Assembly (NCBI GenBank): GCA_030524245.1
Contig: JAUNGW010000001.1
Span: 1 to 56,907 of the forward strand
DNA from: Eubacteriales bacterium
GTDB lineage: Bacteria > Bacillota > Clostridia > Lachnospirales > Lachnospiraceae
DNA length: 56,907 nucleotides
Direction: 5' to 3'
Shown: positions 16,630 through 27,004 of the stretch, one piece after another
Layout of the letters: every line of letters begins with the position of its first letter
Position numbering within the stretch: position 1 is the stretch's first letter
Notes under the pieces: generated by a model
What the model was told of the DNA's origin: nothing
The model's database searches: none
What the model saw: the letters and a program-made list of their open reading frames with translations, nothing else
Position numbers and translations under genes: made by a program

Positions 16630-18300
16630 CTACAGCCGCATACTGACTATGGAATACAGCCGAAGCAGTACATAGCCCTGGGCACAGCACATCAAATACA
16701 ATATACTACGGTTTATATCCTTTGTCAAAACAAGGGTGTCATTTTTCAATATCATCAAGAGCGCCGGCAGAAACGGCAGAAAATACCGTCCCTGCACGCC
16801 GGTAATCACCGGAGAGCTTAAAGGCGTCCAGGCAATCAGCATGGACAGCATGGCCGCCAGCACGCAGCCGGCGCATAAAACGCCGGTCCAGATCCTGCCT
16901 CCGGCCGGCATGAGCTTACGCTCTCCCGGCTTTTTCAGCGCCAGCAGAATCAGTCCGCCTGTAAAGAAAACCACCATCAGATAAGGCACATCCAGCACCT
17001 CGTCCAGATTTCCCAGACTAGAGCCGATCATGGTCAGGTGCAGCTGCTGCGCCTGCCATAAAAAGGTCTGGTAAAACATCCGCACTGCCAGCAGCGGATT
17101 GTGAAGGAGCAGGCTTAAGCTGTAGCCGGTTTCCCCTGCCCACTCTACGTAAGCGTCTGTGCCGGTGGCATAGGCGGCAATCGTCCTGCCGTTGATAAGC
17201 GCCATGCCAAGGAAAAGCGCTCCTGCCACAGCTGCGGCAGACAAAAGCCACCGCCTCCTGCTGCCGAATTTTTTCGCCGGAATCAAAAGGCAAAGCCCCA
17301 TCAGCACGGCATAAATCATCTTGCAGGGCCCTGCCGCCGCCATCAACGCGGCCAGAACAGCCACATCCCCCCAGCTGACCTGGTTCTTTTTGTATGCAAG
17401 ATCCAGACAGACCGCCGTCAGGCAGAACATGCAGGCCATAATCATCACGTCGTAGGAAAGAGACGCGGACAGATGCAGGGTCATGGGAAGCATGGCCACG
17501 CCGAACAGCACCTCCCGGCCAAAGGGCAGACGCCTCATGGCTCCACAGGTCATCCCCACGAAAAACGCCAGGTTAAACAGCCTGCCCAGATATAACATTC
17601 CCAGAGCTCCGGCGCCCAGTGCTCTTGCCAGCGCCATCCCAAAAGCCTGGGGAACATAGGCGGCCGGCGTGGTCACCACTGGCGGATAGGGGGAAATCAC
17701 AAGCGCCTCCTTCTGCTCCGCCCCGCCTGTGCCGCGGCTTCCTTTGCCGCCGGCCAGCCGGCTTTTAATCTCGCGGTAGGTATCCTCCGTCAGAGTTTGT
17801 CCCAGTACCTCGGCCCCTTCAGAGCCGCCCGGCAGGATCTGCAGATATCCGTCCTCCTGCTGCTCATACTGCCGCGCTCCGTGCACGTCCTCGACCCAGA
17901 TATCCGCCGCCCGCACCAGCACATGGCCGTCCGGCGCCGTGGCCTCCTTCCCCAAAAACCGGCTGGAAAGCTCATAAGCGCTGATGTAATGGCTGATCTC
18001 ATCCGGCGCCGAAAGCGGCGGCAGCACCAGCAGGTAAAGAAGGCCGAATCCAAAACCAGCAAGCAGATAAATTCCCGGAAGCCGGTCTGACAGAACGGTT
18101 CCCGCCCCCGGCGACTTCCTTCCGTAAAACAGCCAGTACAGGGCGCCCAAAAGACCGGCCGCCGCCGCTGCCAGCAGGAGATACCCGGAAGTCAGCCAGT
18201 GATCTCCGCTGGCCGATGCTCCTGCCTGCACGTCCCGCAGATGCCAGAGGCTGAGGACCAGCACCGCTGCCGCCAGCGCCGGCCTATTGATCTTCCTCAT
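16630..18300 (-). CDS. DUF2142-type polytopic membrane protein (GacL/WpsJ-like putative GT-C)
   Basis: PPLSAPDEISH, LGRLFNL, SLSYD and GVQGRYFLP motifs; many TM segments. Confidence 0.8.
   Translation of the reverse strand: MRKINRPALAAAVLVLSLWHLRDVQAGASASGDHWLTSGYLLLAAAAAGLLGALYWLFYGRKSPGAGTVLSDRLPGIYLLAGFGFGLLYLLVLPPLSAPDEISHYISAYELSSRFLGKEATAPDGHVLVRAADIWVEDVHGARQYEQQEDGYLQILPGGSEGAEVLGQTLTEDTYREIKSRLAGGKGSRGTGGAEQKEALVISPYPPVVTTPAAYVPQAFGMALARALGAGALGMLYLGRLFNLAFFVGMTCGAMRRLPFGREVLFGVAMLPMTLHLSASLSYDVMIMACMFCLTAVCLDLAYKKNQVSWGDVAVLAALMAAAGPCKMIYAVLMGLCLLIPAKKFGSRRRWLLSAAAVAGALFLGMALINGRTIAAYATGTDAYVEWAGETGYSLSLLLHNPLLAVRMFYQTFLWQAQQLHLTMIGSSLGNLDEVLDVPYLMVVFFTGGLILLALKKPGERKLMPAGGRIWTGVLCAGCVLAAMLSMLIAWTPLSSPVITGVQGRYFLPFLPALLMILKNDTLVLTKDINRSILYLMCCAQGYVLLRLYSIVSMRL
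16700..16728 (-). promoter_or_regulatory. Internal sigma-A promoter for rmlC-wzm inside the DUF2142 3' end
   Basis: TTGACA (16728-16723), N17, TATATT (16705-16700). Confidence 0.65.
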
Positions 18301-18631
18301 GTCTTTTCTCCTCCAGCGCCATCTGCTGCACCAGCTCCTTGATCTTTGTCTCAAGCTGGGATATATGGATGGTCATATAAAAAACCTTCACAATCAGCAC
18401 AAATATGGCAAACAAAAACAAAAAATTCGTTGTGGCGTAAATTCCCAGAAGCCTTGCGCAGAAGTCGGCCACAGGCGGAAACAGGCTGTAAATCAGCAGC
18501 ACGCCGGCCAGCACAATCCAGAAAATAGAGCTTTCAATCTGGAGCCTGGACTGGCGGATTTTCCGCATCATCAGATAAAAGGTAGCCGCCGAAACAAGGA
18601 TCAGGGCAATCCGAAGGGTTATTGTCATCAT
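18284..18631 (-). CDS. DUF2304 small membrane protein (GacJ/WpsB-like)
   Basis: Three TM segments; SIFWI, LLGIYATTNFLF and ISQLETKIKELVQQMAL motifs. Confidence 0.85.
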   Translation of the reverse strand: MMTITLRIALILVSAATFYLMMRKIRQSRLQIESSIFWIVLAGVLLIYSLFPPVADFCARLLGIYATTNFLFLFAIFVLIVKVFYMTIHISQLETKIKELVQQMALEEKRHEEDQ

Positions 18632-19593
18632 TTCATTTTCCTCCACGTCTTTTCCCAATAGCTGTCATTGGTGCTGCACCAGAGCACAGCCTTTTTCGGC
18701 AGCCGCCTGTAGTTCTTCCCAAGCCGGTAGCCCAGATACTTCCCCGCGCTGGAAAGAACCAGCTCAGGCAGCAGCCAGAACCGTCCTGTTTTCAGGAGGC
18801 GGGCAGCCACGGTCTTTATCATGCGGATCCCCTCTCCTTCCGATGGAACCCCGTCAAATATCTCCGGATGATCCGCCTGGGATACAGCCATATCAAAATT
18901 CCGGTGAAGCTGCTTAAGGGGCGTCAGATTATGGGAATGGATCACCTTCGCCTCCGCCGCATAGGCCACCGCGTATCCGGCCTTCACTGCCTCCGCCGCA
19001 TACAGCATGTCCTCATTAAACAGCGTATGATTCACAAAGCCCTCCAGCCGGTTGAAAATCTCCTTTTTATAGGCGCAGCACACGTTGGACGCAAAATACG
19101 TCTTGATTCCCAGCTGCGGCAGATCCGCCTTCGTCTTTATCCTGCTCTCCTCCGGATAGTTAAAGGCTCTGACATACCGCTCCACCGTCCGGCAGTCCTT
19201 CGCCGGAACCTGCCTGGCGTAGGCCTCGGCCACAACCTCCCCGGAAGGCCCCGTCTGTTCCAGAGCCTCCACCAGCCGTTCAATCAGATACCTGTCCTGG
19301 GGAACCGCGTCGTCCGTCATAAACACCATCACAGGCGCCTCCGAATACCATGCGCCCAGATTCCGCGTGCCTCCGTGGTCAAACTCCTCTTTAGACAGAT
19401 GGTGCACCTCCAGCCCCGGCGTCCCCCGGTATGCCTCATCGTTCCAGTACGCCCGCTCCGTATTCATCACAATAATCCGGTTCACCGGATAGGTCTGCTC
19501 TGCCAGCATCTTAAGCAGACGGCCGAATTTCCTGTCCGGCTTATACACCGGGATGATCACATCCACTGCTTCCCGCCTTTTTTCTACTCTCAT
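18628..19593 (-). CDS. GT2 glycosyltransferase (rhamnosyltransferase-like)
   Basis: VIIPVYKP, FDHGGTRN, FMTDDAVP, NEDM and HSHN motifs; ATGA overlap with upstream gene. Confidence 0.87.
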   Translation of the reverse strand: MRVEKRREAVDVIIPVYKPDRKFGRLLKMLAEQTYPVNRIIVMNTERAYWNDEAYRGTPGLEVHHLSKEEFDHGGTRNLGAWYSEAPVMVFMTDDAVPQDRYLIERLVEALEQTGPSGEVVAEAYARQVPAKDCRTVERYVRAFNYPEESRIKTKADLPQLGIKTYFASNVCCAYKKEIFNRLEGFVNHTLFNEDMLYAAEAVKAGYAVAYAAEAKVIHSHNLTPLKQLHRNFDMAVSQADHPEIFDGVPSEGEGIRMIKTVAARLLKTGRFWLLPELVLSSAGKYLGYRLGKNYRRLPKKAVLWCSTNDSYWEKTWRKMK

Positions 19594-20909
19594 GCTCCAG
19601 CTCCCTTCTGCCGGATCCGGCGTCCCTCCTTTATCACGCCGGCCCAGGTAAACCACACAAATCCCGCCGTCATCGCCGCCATCAGAATCAGGTAGGACAG
19701 AGCCGCTCCCCAGATTCCCCACCGGCTTACAAACCATGGCGCCGTCACTGCCGCTGCCGCCGCCAGAACCACATAAATACCGAAAATCACGCGCTGCCGC
19801 CGCATGATCACCAGGGCATAGTAATGAAGATTGAGAAGCGCATAGCAGGCTCCACCCATGACAATCAGGATAAAAGAGGTGTAATACACCGTCAGCTTTC
19901 CATCGTAGGCCGCCCCCAAAAGCCGCTCCAGAACCCACAGAACCGGCTTTCCAAGACTCACCACCAGCACAAAGGCCAGCAGGCTTAAAAGCCCGATAAT
20001 CCTGGAAATCCGAAGCATTTTCCCGGTAAAATCTGAAATACGTCCTTCATTCCAGAAGGCCGTCAGCCCCGTCAGAACCGGACGGATCACAAAGCCAGCC
20101 GCCAGATTAATGACGGAGGTCGGCATAAAAATCATATTAAAATAGCCGGAAGCCGCATCGTCCATACAGCCGTCTATGGCGTATTTTGACGCGGAAAAAA
20201 TATAAAAATCCAGAAATACCGACACGAACAAAAGCGCCGTGGCCCTGGTCAGCGGCTTCATCTGATACCGCTTCCAACGGAAATCCACCCCCGGGATTTT
20301 CCGGATTACCGCCAGATCAAACAGGGAGATACCGGCCAGCTGAGCCGCCACAGCTGCCAGACAGGCCGCTGTCAGATCTCTGCCGGCTGCCAGGCAGATT
20401 AAAAACACCGCCACCGTCAGCACAGTGCGGAAGGTATTGGACTTTCCCGTCAGATACAGAAAACCGTTTCTCTGGAACTCCGACTCATACACATCCGCGA
20501 AGCCGTCGATCACCTTATAGCATACCAGCAGAAAAATCACGGCAGCCTTTCCGGCGCTGTAGCCGGAAATAAGCACATAACCGGCGCCGGCAAACAGCGC
20601 CAGGCCGCAGGTGGCATACCGGTGATGCAGGTAATCGCCGAACCGGTACTCTCTGCCGCCGTCGGTAATCTGAAACGGCCGGATCCCGAAATAAGCCACA
20701 ATAAACATCTGCTGGCCAAGGGTGCTGTAGCCGAAGGCAAAAATCCCCCCCTGTTCCTCTCCGATCATCCGCATCACCAAAAATGCCAGCACCATGCTTG
20801 CAAAGGCGTAGCAGAAGCTGCCGATCATATTCCAGATCATATTCTGTTTTTCCCTGTCCGGGCCGGTTTTCAGAAGAAACTCCGCCCAGCGCTCTGTTAT
20901 CCGGTCCAT
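19590..20909 (-). CDS. Wzx/MOP-family flippase (GacK-like)
   Basis: About 12 TM segments; N-terminal NMIWNMIGS; FGIRPFQITD. Confidence 0.78.
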   Translation of the reverse strand: MDRITERWAEFLLKTGPDREKQNMIWNMIGSFCYAFASMVLAFLVMRMIGEEQGGIFAFGYSTLGQQMFIVAYFGIRPFQITDGGREYRFGDYLHHRYATCGLALFAGAGYVLISGYSAGKAAVIFLLVCYKVIDGFADVYESEFQRNGFLYLTGKSNTFRTVLTVAVFLICLAAGRDLTAACLAAVAAQLAGISLFDLAVIRKIPGVDFRWKRYQMKPLTRATALLFVSVFLDFYIFSASKYAIDGCMDDAASGYFNMIFMPTSVINLAAGFVIRPVLTGLTAFWNEGRISDFTGKMLRISRIIGLLSLLAFVLVVSLGKPVLWVLERLLGAAYDGKLTVYYTSFILIVMGGACYALLNLHYYALVIMRRQRVIFGIYVVLAAAAAVTAPWFVSRWGIWGAALSYLILMAAMTAGFVWFTWAGVIKEGRRIRQKGAGA

Positions 20910-20942
20910 ATTCCCTTCCCGTTTCTTTTCCCGCTCCGAGTC

Positions 20943-21632
20943 CTACTGCCGCTTTCTGAAGTTCTGAATCAGCAGAATGGAAATCAGCATCCGCACCATA
21001 TAATTCACGGCCACCATGGGCTTTAAATAGCTTTCCCCGCCGGTCCGCTCCGCAATCACCACCGGAACCTCCGCCACCCTGGCTCCCTGCTTCAGCAGCC
21101 AGGAAACCGTGTCCGGCTCCGGTCCGTAGTTTAAATTCAGGGCAAATTCCCGGATCATTCCGCGGCTGAACATCCGCATGCCGGAGGTTGGATCCGCCAC
21201 CCTCACCCCGGTTGTGGCCCGGATCGCCGCTGAAATCAGCCGGCTTCCCACCATCCGCAGGGAGAAATCCTTCTTCCGGTTCACGAATCTGCTGCCGATC
21301 ACCAGATCATAGCCCTCGTCCAGCTTCTTCTTCATCGCTTCAATATATTCCGGCCTGTGCTGTCCGTCCCCGTCAAACTGGATGGCGCAGCTGTAGCCCT
21401 TTTCATAGGCGTACTTCATGCCGGTCTGAAAGCAGCCGGCCAGCCCAAGATTCACCGGCAGATCCAGAAGCTCATAGCCCATCTCCCGGCAGATCGCCGC
21501 CGTCCTGTCCTTTGAGCCGTCGTTGACCACAATATAATCATACTGAGGATAGTGGTCCCGAAGCTCTCCCACCACCGTCTCAATATTGGCTTCCTCGTTG
21601 TAGGCCGGTATAATCACCAGTACCTTGTCCAT
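20943..21632 (-). CDS. DPM1-like GT2, polyprenol-phosphate glycosyltransferase (GacI/WpsA-like)
   Basis: IIPAYNEE, VNDGSKD, QFDGDGQH, IGSRF and DPTSG motifs. Confidence 0.88.
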   Translation of the reverse strand: MDKVLVIIPAYNEEANIETVVGELRDHYPQYDYIVVNDGSKDRTAAICREMGYELLDLPVNLGLAGCFQTGMKYAYEKGYSCAIQFDGDGQHRPEYIEAMKKKLDEGYDLVIGSRFVNRKKDFSLRMVGSRLISAAIRATTGVRVADPTSGMRMFSRGMIREFALNLNYGPEPDTVSWLLKQGARVAEVPVVIAERTGGESYLKPMVAVNYMVRMLISILLIQNFRKRQ

Positions 21633-21648
21633 GTGCGTTTCCTCTCTT

Positions 21649-22758
21649 TCAGGCCCGTCCCAGAATCAGACTGCAGATCTCGTCCACATCCCTCAGTGCC
21701 AGATCCGCATAAAGGGGAAGAGTCATTACCCTGTCGCCAATGTACTTTGCCACCGGCGTCGTCTGAGAGGTAAAATGCCCTTCATAGCACTGAAACTCAT
21801 TGGTCAGCGGATAAAAATATTTTCTGGCAAAAATCTGATGCTCTCCCAGATACCGCCACATCTCGTCCCGGCTGCAGGCAAAGCCGTCAAACACCACCGG
21901 GAAATAGGCGTAATTCGGCTTTACATCCTTCTGAACATGCGGAAGTTTAAGCCCCTTCGTCCCCTCCAGACGCTCCAGATACCGCTCCGTCACCAGCCGG
22001 CGCTTCTCAATCTCCTGATCCACATGACGAAGATTGCAGATGCCCATAACCGCCTGGAATTCGTTCATCTTGGCATTTCCTCCGACCCAGACCACATGAT
22101 CCTGATCCACAATGCCAAAGTTCTTCAGACAGTTCAGCCGGTGGTCCATCCACTCCTCCCGGAAGGCCACAGCCCCGCCCTCAATGGTATTGAATACCTT
22201 GGTGGCGTGAAAGCTGAAAATACTGGCGTCCCCATAGGCGCCTGCAGATTTCCCCCTATAGGTTTCCCCAAAGGTATGAGCCGCGTCATATATCACCTTC
22301 AGATGATGCTTTTTCGCAATCTCCTCAATCCGGTCCACCTGACAGAAGTTTCCGTACACGTGAACCGGGATAATGGCGGAGGTCTTTTCCGTGATCAGCG
22401 CCTCGATCTTATCTGCATCCATCGTATAATCCTCCGGATTGATGTCGCAGAATACAGGCGTCAGATTATTTCGCACAATGGCATGGGTGGTGGACGCAAA
22501 GGTAAATGGAGTCGTGATGACCTCCCCGGTCAGCTCCAGCGCCTGAATCGCCATCTCCAGCGCCATATGGCCGTTGACAAACAGCACCAGATTATCGATG
22601 CCCATGTATGCCTTCAGCTGCCGCTCCAGCTCCTTATGGTAATCTCCCATATTGGTCAGCCATGCCGTATCCCAGATCGGCCGGATCATCTCCGCGAACT
22701 CCTCGTATGGAGGAAGGGAGGATCTGGTCACCAGAATCGGTTTTGTTCTCTTTTCCAT
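21649..22758 (-). CDS. DegT/DnrJ sugar aminotransferase, VioA-like (dTDP-4-amino-4,6-dideoxyhexose)
   Basis: TTPFTFAST, YDAAH, SFHATKVFNTIEGG (PLP Lys) and NAKMNE motifs. Confidence 0.88.
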   Translation of the reverse strand: MEKRTKPILVTRSSLPPYEEFAEMIRPIWDTAWLTNMGDYHKELERQLKAYMGIDNLVLFVNGHMALEMAIQALELTGEVITTPFTFASTTHAIVRNNLTPVFCDINPEDYTMDADKIEALITEKTSAIIPVHVYGNFCQVDRIEEIAKKHHLKVIYDAAHTFGETYRGKSAGAYGDASIFSFHATKVFNTIEGGAVAFREEWMDHRLNCLKNFGIVDQDHVVWVGGNAKMNEFQAVMGICNLRHVDQEIEKRRLVTERYLERLEGTKGLKLPHVQKDVKPNYAYFPVVFDGFACSRDEMWRYLGEHQIFARKYFYPLTNEFQCYEGHFTSQTTPVAKYIGDRVMTLPLYADLALRDVDEICSLILGRA

Positions 22759-22761
22759 CGT

Positions 22762-23883
22762 TTATTGCTCTCCTTGCTCCGCACGCTTTTGTGCGCTCTT
22801 TATATCTATGAACCTGTCCAGATCATACATAATCCGGCCCAGGTTCCGCTCCACCAGCTCGTAAACAACCACATCGCCCTCCAGCTGGTTTAACGGTGTC
22901 TGATCCAGCTGTTCCCACTTCACAAAGACGCTTTCCGCATATTCTCTCATAAGCCAGCTGGCCATATAGTCCGCGAAGGAATCCCTCAGCATCAAAAGCC
23001 GCTTTGGACTTTGGGCCCCCTCCGCCCTTGCCTCGATAAGCCCTGTGCGTGGATTGTCCTCAAGCACAGACACCTGGGACTCCGGCTTATTCCAGGCCGC
23101 CTCCACCTGTGTATCCTCCGCCAGAAAATCAGGCAGATGGGCAAGCTTTGCCAGATCTCCCGGCTCCTTTGGCAGCTCCGTTACGGAAACCTCCTCCGGC
23201 CTGGCCGTCTCAAGTCCCAGCTCCTTCATCAGAAGCTGCGTCCCCACAAATCCGCCCAGACGGTTCCAGTGGGTATCCGTCTTATAATAAATCTGCCGCC
23301 TGCCGGCCGCCTCCTTTAACTCCTCCAGCGGATAAACCACCTTAAGATCCGAGTGCTCCCTGATATATTTTACCAGCTCAAGAGCCCTGGAGGTACCGCT
23401 CACCGGATCATAGGCCTCCGGCACATACTGCCGGTAAACGATCTCCTTGTTTGGAGCGATATACAGGACAAAATCCTCCGGATTTTCCACAGTCAGGCTG
23501 CGCACCGTAAGCAGCTGCTCCAGGATGGAGGCCATCTCCGGCTCCGCGAACACGCCCATGCCCATGGCGTCCGCCACGCTGGAGTTCCCCTTGTAAAACA
23601 GCCAGCCGTCCCTTCCCCGGATCACATCCTGGTTGTCGATGCTTTGAAAAACCATCAGATCAAAGCCGGCGCAGACGTCCATGATCTCATTGCGCCAGGG
23701 GGCATGGTCATTGATATACGCCTCCAGCTCCGCCGGAATGTTCTCAAAGTTCTCCGCCGTCAGCTGCGGAAACTCCGCCAGTTCTCTGTTTTCCTCACTG
23801 ACACTCTCTCCTCCTTCTGCCATGCCCAGCAGCCCGGGCAGCAGCAGGATCAGGAAAAATATGCCTGTCATCCATTTCTTCAT
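22762..23883 (-). CDS. AlgJ/AlgX/DHHW-like extracytoplasmic O-acyltransferase (permuted SGNH)
   Basis: N-terminal anchor; ENRELA, GRDGWLFY, APNK, YYKTDTHWN and RDSF motifs; adjacent to MBOAT. Confidence 0.82.
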   Translation of the reverse strand: MKKWMTGIFFLILLLPGLLGMAEGGESVSEENRELAEFPQLTAENFENIPAELEAYINDHAPWRNEIMDVCAGFDLMVFQSIDNQDVIRGRDGWLFYKGNSSVADAMGMGVFAEPEMASILEQLLTVRSLTVENPEDFVLYIAPNKEIVYRQYVPEAYDPVSGTSRALELVKYIREHSDLKVVYPLEELKEAAGRRQIYYKTDTHWNRLGGFVGTQLLMKELGLETARPEEVSVTELPKEPGDLAKLAHLPDFLAEDTQVEAAWNKPESQVSVLEDNPRTGLIEARAEGAQSPKRLLMLRDSFADYMASWLMREYAESVFVKWEQLDQTPLNQLEGDVVVYELVERNLGRIMYDLDRFIDIKSAQKRAEQGEQ

Positions 23884-23910
23884 AATGTCATGTTCCTCCC
23901 GGAGCTTCTC

Positions 23911-25311
23911 CTAAAACCGGAAATAAATAAACGGATTATAGGTGCTGCTCACCAGAAGCATGACGGAAACCACCGTCAATACCGCCATCACAGCCACATC
24001 CGCCGCCGTAATCCTGTTCTCGTCATAGAGCCGCCGCTTCAGAGCCGGCAGCGCCTCCTGCAGCGGGCCGCAGAGAACGATGCCAAGCGCCAGAAAAACA
24101 AGTGCCTTTCCATTGATGAACATGGGAGCCGTATACGGGCCTCCCTGTCCCAGAAACATGACCTTGATCATGCGTTTGATCTCCTGCCAGTCCTCCACCC
24201 GAAACAGCAGCCAGCCCATATACACCACGAACAGCGTATACGCCCTGTTCAGCAGAGAAACGGGATTTTTCTCAAGAATTCTTCCAAGAAACAGCCGCTC
24301 CGCCACAATAAAGACTCCGTAGTAGGCGCCCCACAAAACGAAATTCATCCCGGCTCCGTGCCACAGACCGGTAGCCAGAAACACGAAAAACAGATTCAGA
24401 CAGGTGCGGCATACTCCCTTTCTGTTTCCGCCCAGCGGAATATAGAGATACTCCTTAAACCAGGTGGAAAGGGAAATATGCCATCTGCGCCAGAATTCCC
24501 GGATGGACTGCGCCATATACGGATAGCGGAAATTCTCCATGAAATCAAAGCCGAACATTTTCCCAAGTCCGATCGCCATATCCGAATATCCGGAAAAATC
24601 ATAATAAATCTGCATGGTATAAAACAATACCGCCGCCCACGCAAGCCCGGTGCTGATCTGCCCCCGGTTTTCCCCGGCAAACGCCTGATCCGCCACCGCC
24701 GCAAAGGTATTGGCAAAAATCACCTTTTTTCCAAGGCCATAGGAGAATCGTTTGATTCCGTACGCCATCTGATCCCAGCTGTGCCTGCGGCTGTCCAGCT
24801 GCTCCTGAATATCATGGTATTTGACAATGGGGCCGGCAATCAGCTGGGGAAAGAAGCTGATATAAAGCGCCAGCTTCCACGGGCTTTTCTGGGGCCGGAT
24901 TCCGCCCCGGTACACATCGATTACGTAGGACAGCGCCTGAAACGTATAAAAGGAAATGCCGATGGGAAGCACCACTGTCCCCACGGCAATCAGCTCCCGA
25001 TGGGTCAGGGCATTGACCAGCTCCCCGAAAAATTGAAAGTATTTAAAATATCCCAGCAGGCCCAGGTTTGCCGCCGCACAGAGGGCCATCACCGCACGGC
25101 TTTTCGCTTTTCCCAGCCAGAGTCCGAAGCCGTAATTCATCAGAATGGACAAAATCATCAGCAGAATATAAACTGGCTCTCCCCACCCGTAAAACAGCAG
25201 ACTTACCGCCAGCAAAAGGGCATTCCGCCACCGCAGGCTGCGGCCCGCAAAGTAAAGCAGGCATACCGCCGGCAAAAAGTACCAGAGAAAAACCAGAGAA
25301 CTAAATAACAT
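23911..25311 (-). CDS. MBOAT O-acyltransferase (AlgI/PatA-like)
   Basis: LPIGISFYTFQ, FFPQLIAGPI, DFSGYSDMAIG, FWRRWHISL and GLWHGA motifs. Confidence 0.94.
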   Translation of the reverse strand: MLFSSLVFLWYFLPAVCLLYFAGRSLRWRNALLLAVSLLFYGWGEPVYILLMILSILMNYGFGLWLGKAKSRAVMALCAAANLGLLGYFKYFQFFGELVNALTHRELIAVGTVVLPIGISFYTFQALSYVIDVYRGGIRPQKSPWKLALYISFFPQLIAGPIVKYHDIQEQLDSRRHSWDQMAYGIKRFSYGLGKKVIFANTFAAVADQAFAGENRGQISTGLAWAAVLFYTMQIYYDFSGYSDMAIGLGKMFGFDFMENFRYPYMAQSIREFWRRWHISLSTWFKEYLYIPLGGNRKGVCRTCLNLFFVFLATGLWHGAGMNFVLWGAYYGVFIVAERLFLGRILEKNPVSLLNRAYTLFVVYMGWLLFRVEDWQEIKRMIKVMFLGQGGPYTAPMFINGKALVFLALGIVLCGPLQEALPALKRRLYDENRITAADVAVMAVLTVVSVMLLVSSTYNPFIYFRF

Positions 25312-25337
25312 AGCTGCAGTTTTATCCTTTCTGTCTG

Positions 25338-26963
25338 TTATTCTGCCGGGAGAGCCAGCTCCTCCGGACTGCCCACATCCCTGTAATCCAGCGCCACATC
25401 AGCGGGCAGATCGTAATACTCGTCCATCCAGTAGATCATAAAGCTCACATTGGGATCATAAACCATCTCATTGCTGCAGAGGGGATCGATCAGCTTGTAC
25501 AGCTTCACCTCGCGGATATCCTCTCCGTTCCGGATCCGCGCCGACGCATCCCTCAGCATGGCGTCATTGTACTGATGCACCGCGTAATTGGCGGAATATC
25601 CGCGGTAAATATTTCTGAGGTTCGGCACAGAAACTGCCGCCAGGCAGGCCGTCAGGGCCGCACCGGCAGCCACAAGCCGCTTCTCCCCCAGAGCCGTCAG
25701 CAGGATATACCCCATAAGCGGCCAGGACAGGAAAATAAACGGCATCAGCACGCGCTGCGGGATCTCCGGCACCACCACAAGGCAGGCCATGGAAATAAAA
25801 GCACTGATGTAGAAAAAGCCCTGCAGCAGGCAGCCTCTCTGAAACAGAAAATACAGGATCTGCCCGGACATCCAGAGGATGTAGGCAAACAGCAGCCACA
25901 CCGCAGGCTCCGGATACTGCCCCGGCGCCAGATGCTCAAGCTGTACAGCAACGAAGAGATACAGCCCCGCCGCCCCCGTCGCCGCCAGAAACAGCACATT
26001 GCCCGGCAGGGCTCCGATTCCACGCAGGATCATGTAAATCGTCATAACGATCAGCATCAAAAGAAATACGCATACATAAAGCTGGTTATCATTGGAAAAA
26101 AAGGTTCTGGTAACCACTCTGATATTGCTGATCACCCGCTCCGGAAGAGACATCGCCAGAAAATCCGTATGCCGCGCCATGCGGGCCTTTGCCCCCGGCG
26201 AGGTCAGAATCGGCAGCGCGCCGGCAGCGGCTCCCGCAAGAACAGCAATATCCCAGCGGCAGAAGGTTTTCCGGAAAAAGTACTTATACACCCAGACAGT
26301 AAGAATGGACGCAATCACTGCCGCCGTCCACTGCTCCTGGGAAAAGGACGCCACAAGCGCCAGGCAGACGCTGGCTGCCCTGCAGCCTTTTTTGCATGCT
26401 CCGTCCAGGCTCCTGATATAAACGAGCATGAACGCAAAATACGCCACCGCCGGAACAACATACAGAAATGACGCCGCGTACCAGTAGCTGCCAAGCCGCT
26501 GTACCATGATTCCGATCATTCCATAGCAGACGCAGAGAAACGCCGCCAGCAGAGCCGGCCGGATGCCGGTCAGAAGCTCCCGCCTTCCATCCAGGCGAAG
26601 CTGCCGCACCGTCACGATAAAGGAAAGTACTAAAACCGCCTCCATCACCGTCGCCATAAACACCTGAACCCAGGTCAGGCCGCCAGCCATATACAGAAGC
26701 TGAAAAAACAGCATATACAAAAGCCTTCCGCTGGAGCCGCTGAAATAATGGTTCCAGGTAAACTCCCACAGCTGGGCAAGATTAAAATCCGTGCCGGCCA
26801 CAGCCGACACCGTATGCCCGTAGCTCAAAGAAAGATATCCATAATCATCATAATAAATAAAAACCCTGGAATACTGCGCCAGCAAAAACGCATAGAACAC
26901 CGCCAGTATCAGAGCTGCCGCCGCCCATCCCCAGGAAACGGCCTTAAAGTCCCGGTTCTTCAT
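25338..26963 (-). CDS. Polytopic membrane protein, DUF6056-like putative GT-C transferase
   Basis: First-loop YDDYGY acidic pair, SGR, SQE and SPG..AR motifs; many TM segments; C-terminal extracellular domain. Confidence 0.6.
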   Translation of the reverse strand: MKNRDFKAVSWGWAAAALILAVFYAFLLAQYSRVFIYYDDYGYLSLSYGHTVSAVAGTDFNLAQLWEFTWNHYFSGSSGRLLYMLFFQLLYMAGGLTWVQVFMATVMEAVLVLSFIVTVRQLRLDGRRELLTGIRPALLAAFLCVCYGMIGIMVQRLGSYWYAASFLYVVPAVAYFAFMLVYIRSLDGACKKGCRAASVCLALVASFSQEQWTAAVIASILTVWVYKYFFRKTFCRWDIAVLAGAAAGALPILTSPGAKARMARHTDFLAMSLPERVISNIRVVTRTFFSNDNQLYVCVFLLMLIVMTIYMILRGIGALPGNVLFLAATGAAGLYLFVAVQLEHLAPGQYPEPAVWLLFAYILWMSGQILYFLFQRGCLLQGFFYISAFISMACLVVVPEIPQRVLMPFIFLSWPLMGYILLTALGEKRLVAAGAALTACLAAVSVPNLRNIYRGYSANYAVHQYNDAMLRDASARIRNGEDIREVKLYKLIDPLCSNEMVYDPNVSFMIYWMDEYYDLPADVALDYRDVGSPEELALPAE

Positions 26964-27004
26964 CCTTCTGCCTCTTTTCATCTGTTCGTTTACTGCCGTT
27001 ACCC

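Noticed and set aside
23353-25308. 651-aa plus-strand ORF
   Set aside because: Antisense shadow of the MBOAT/AlgJ genes; no RBS or motifs; expected from GC-rich codon bias.
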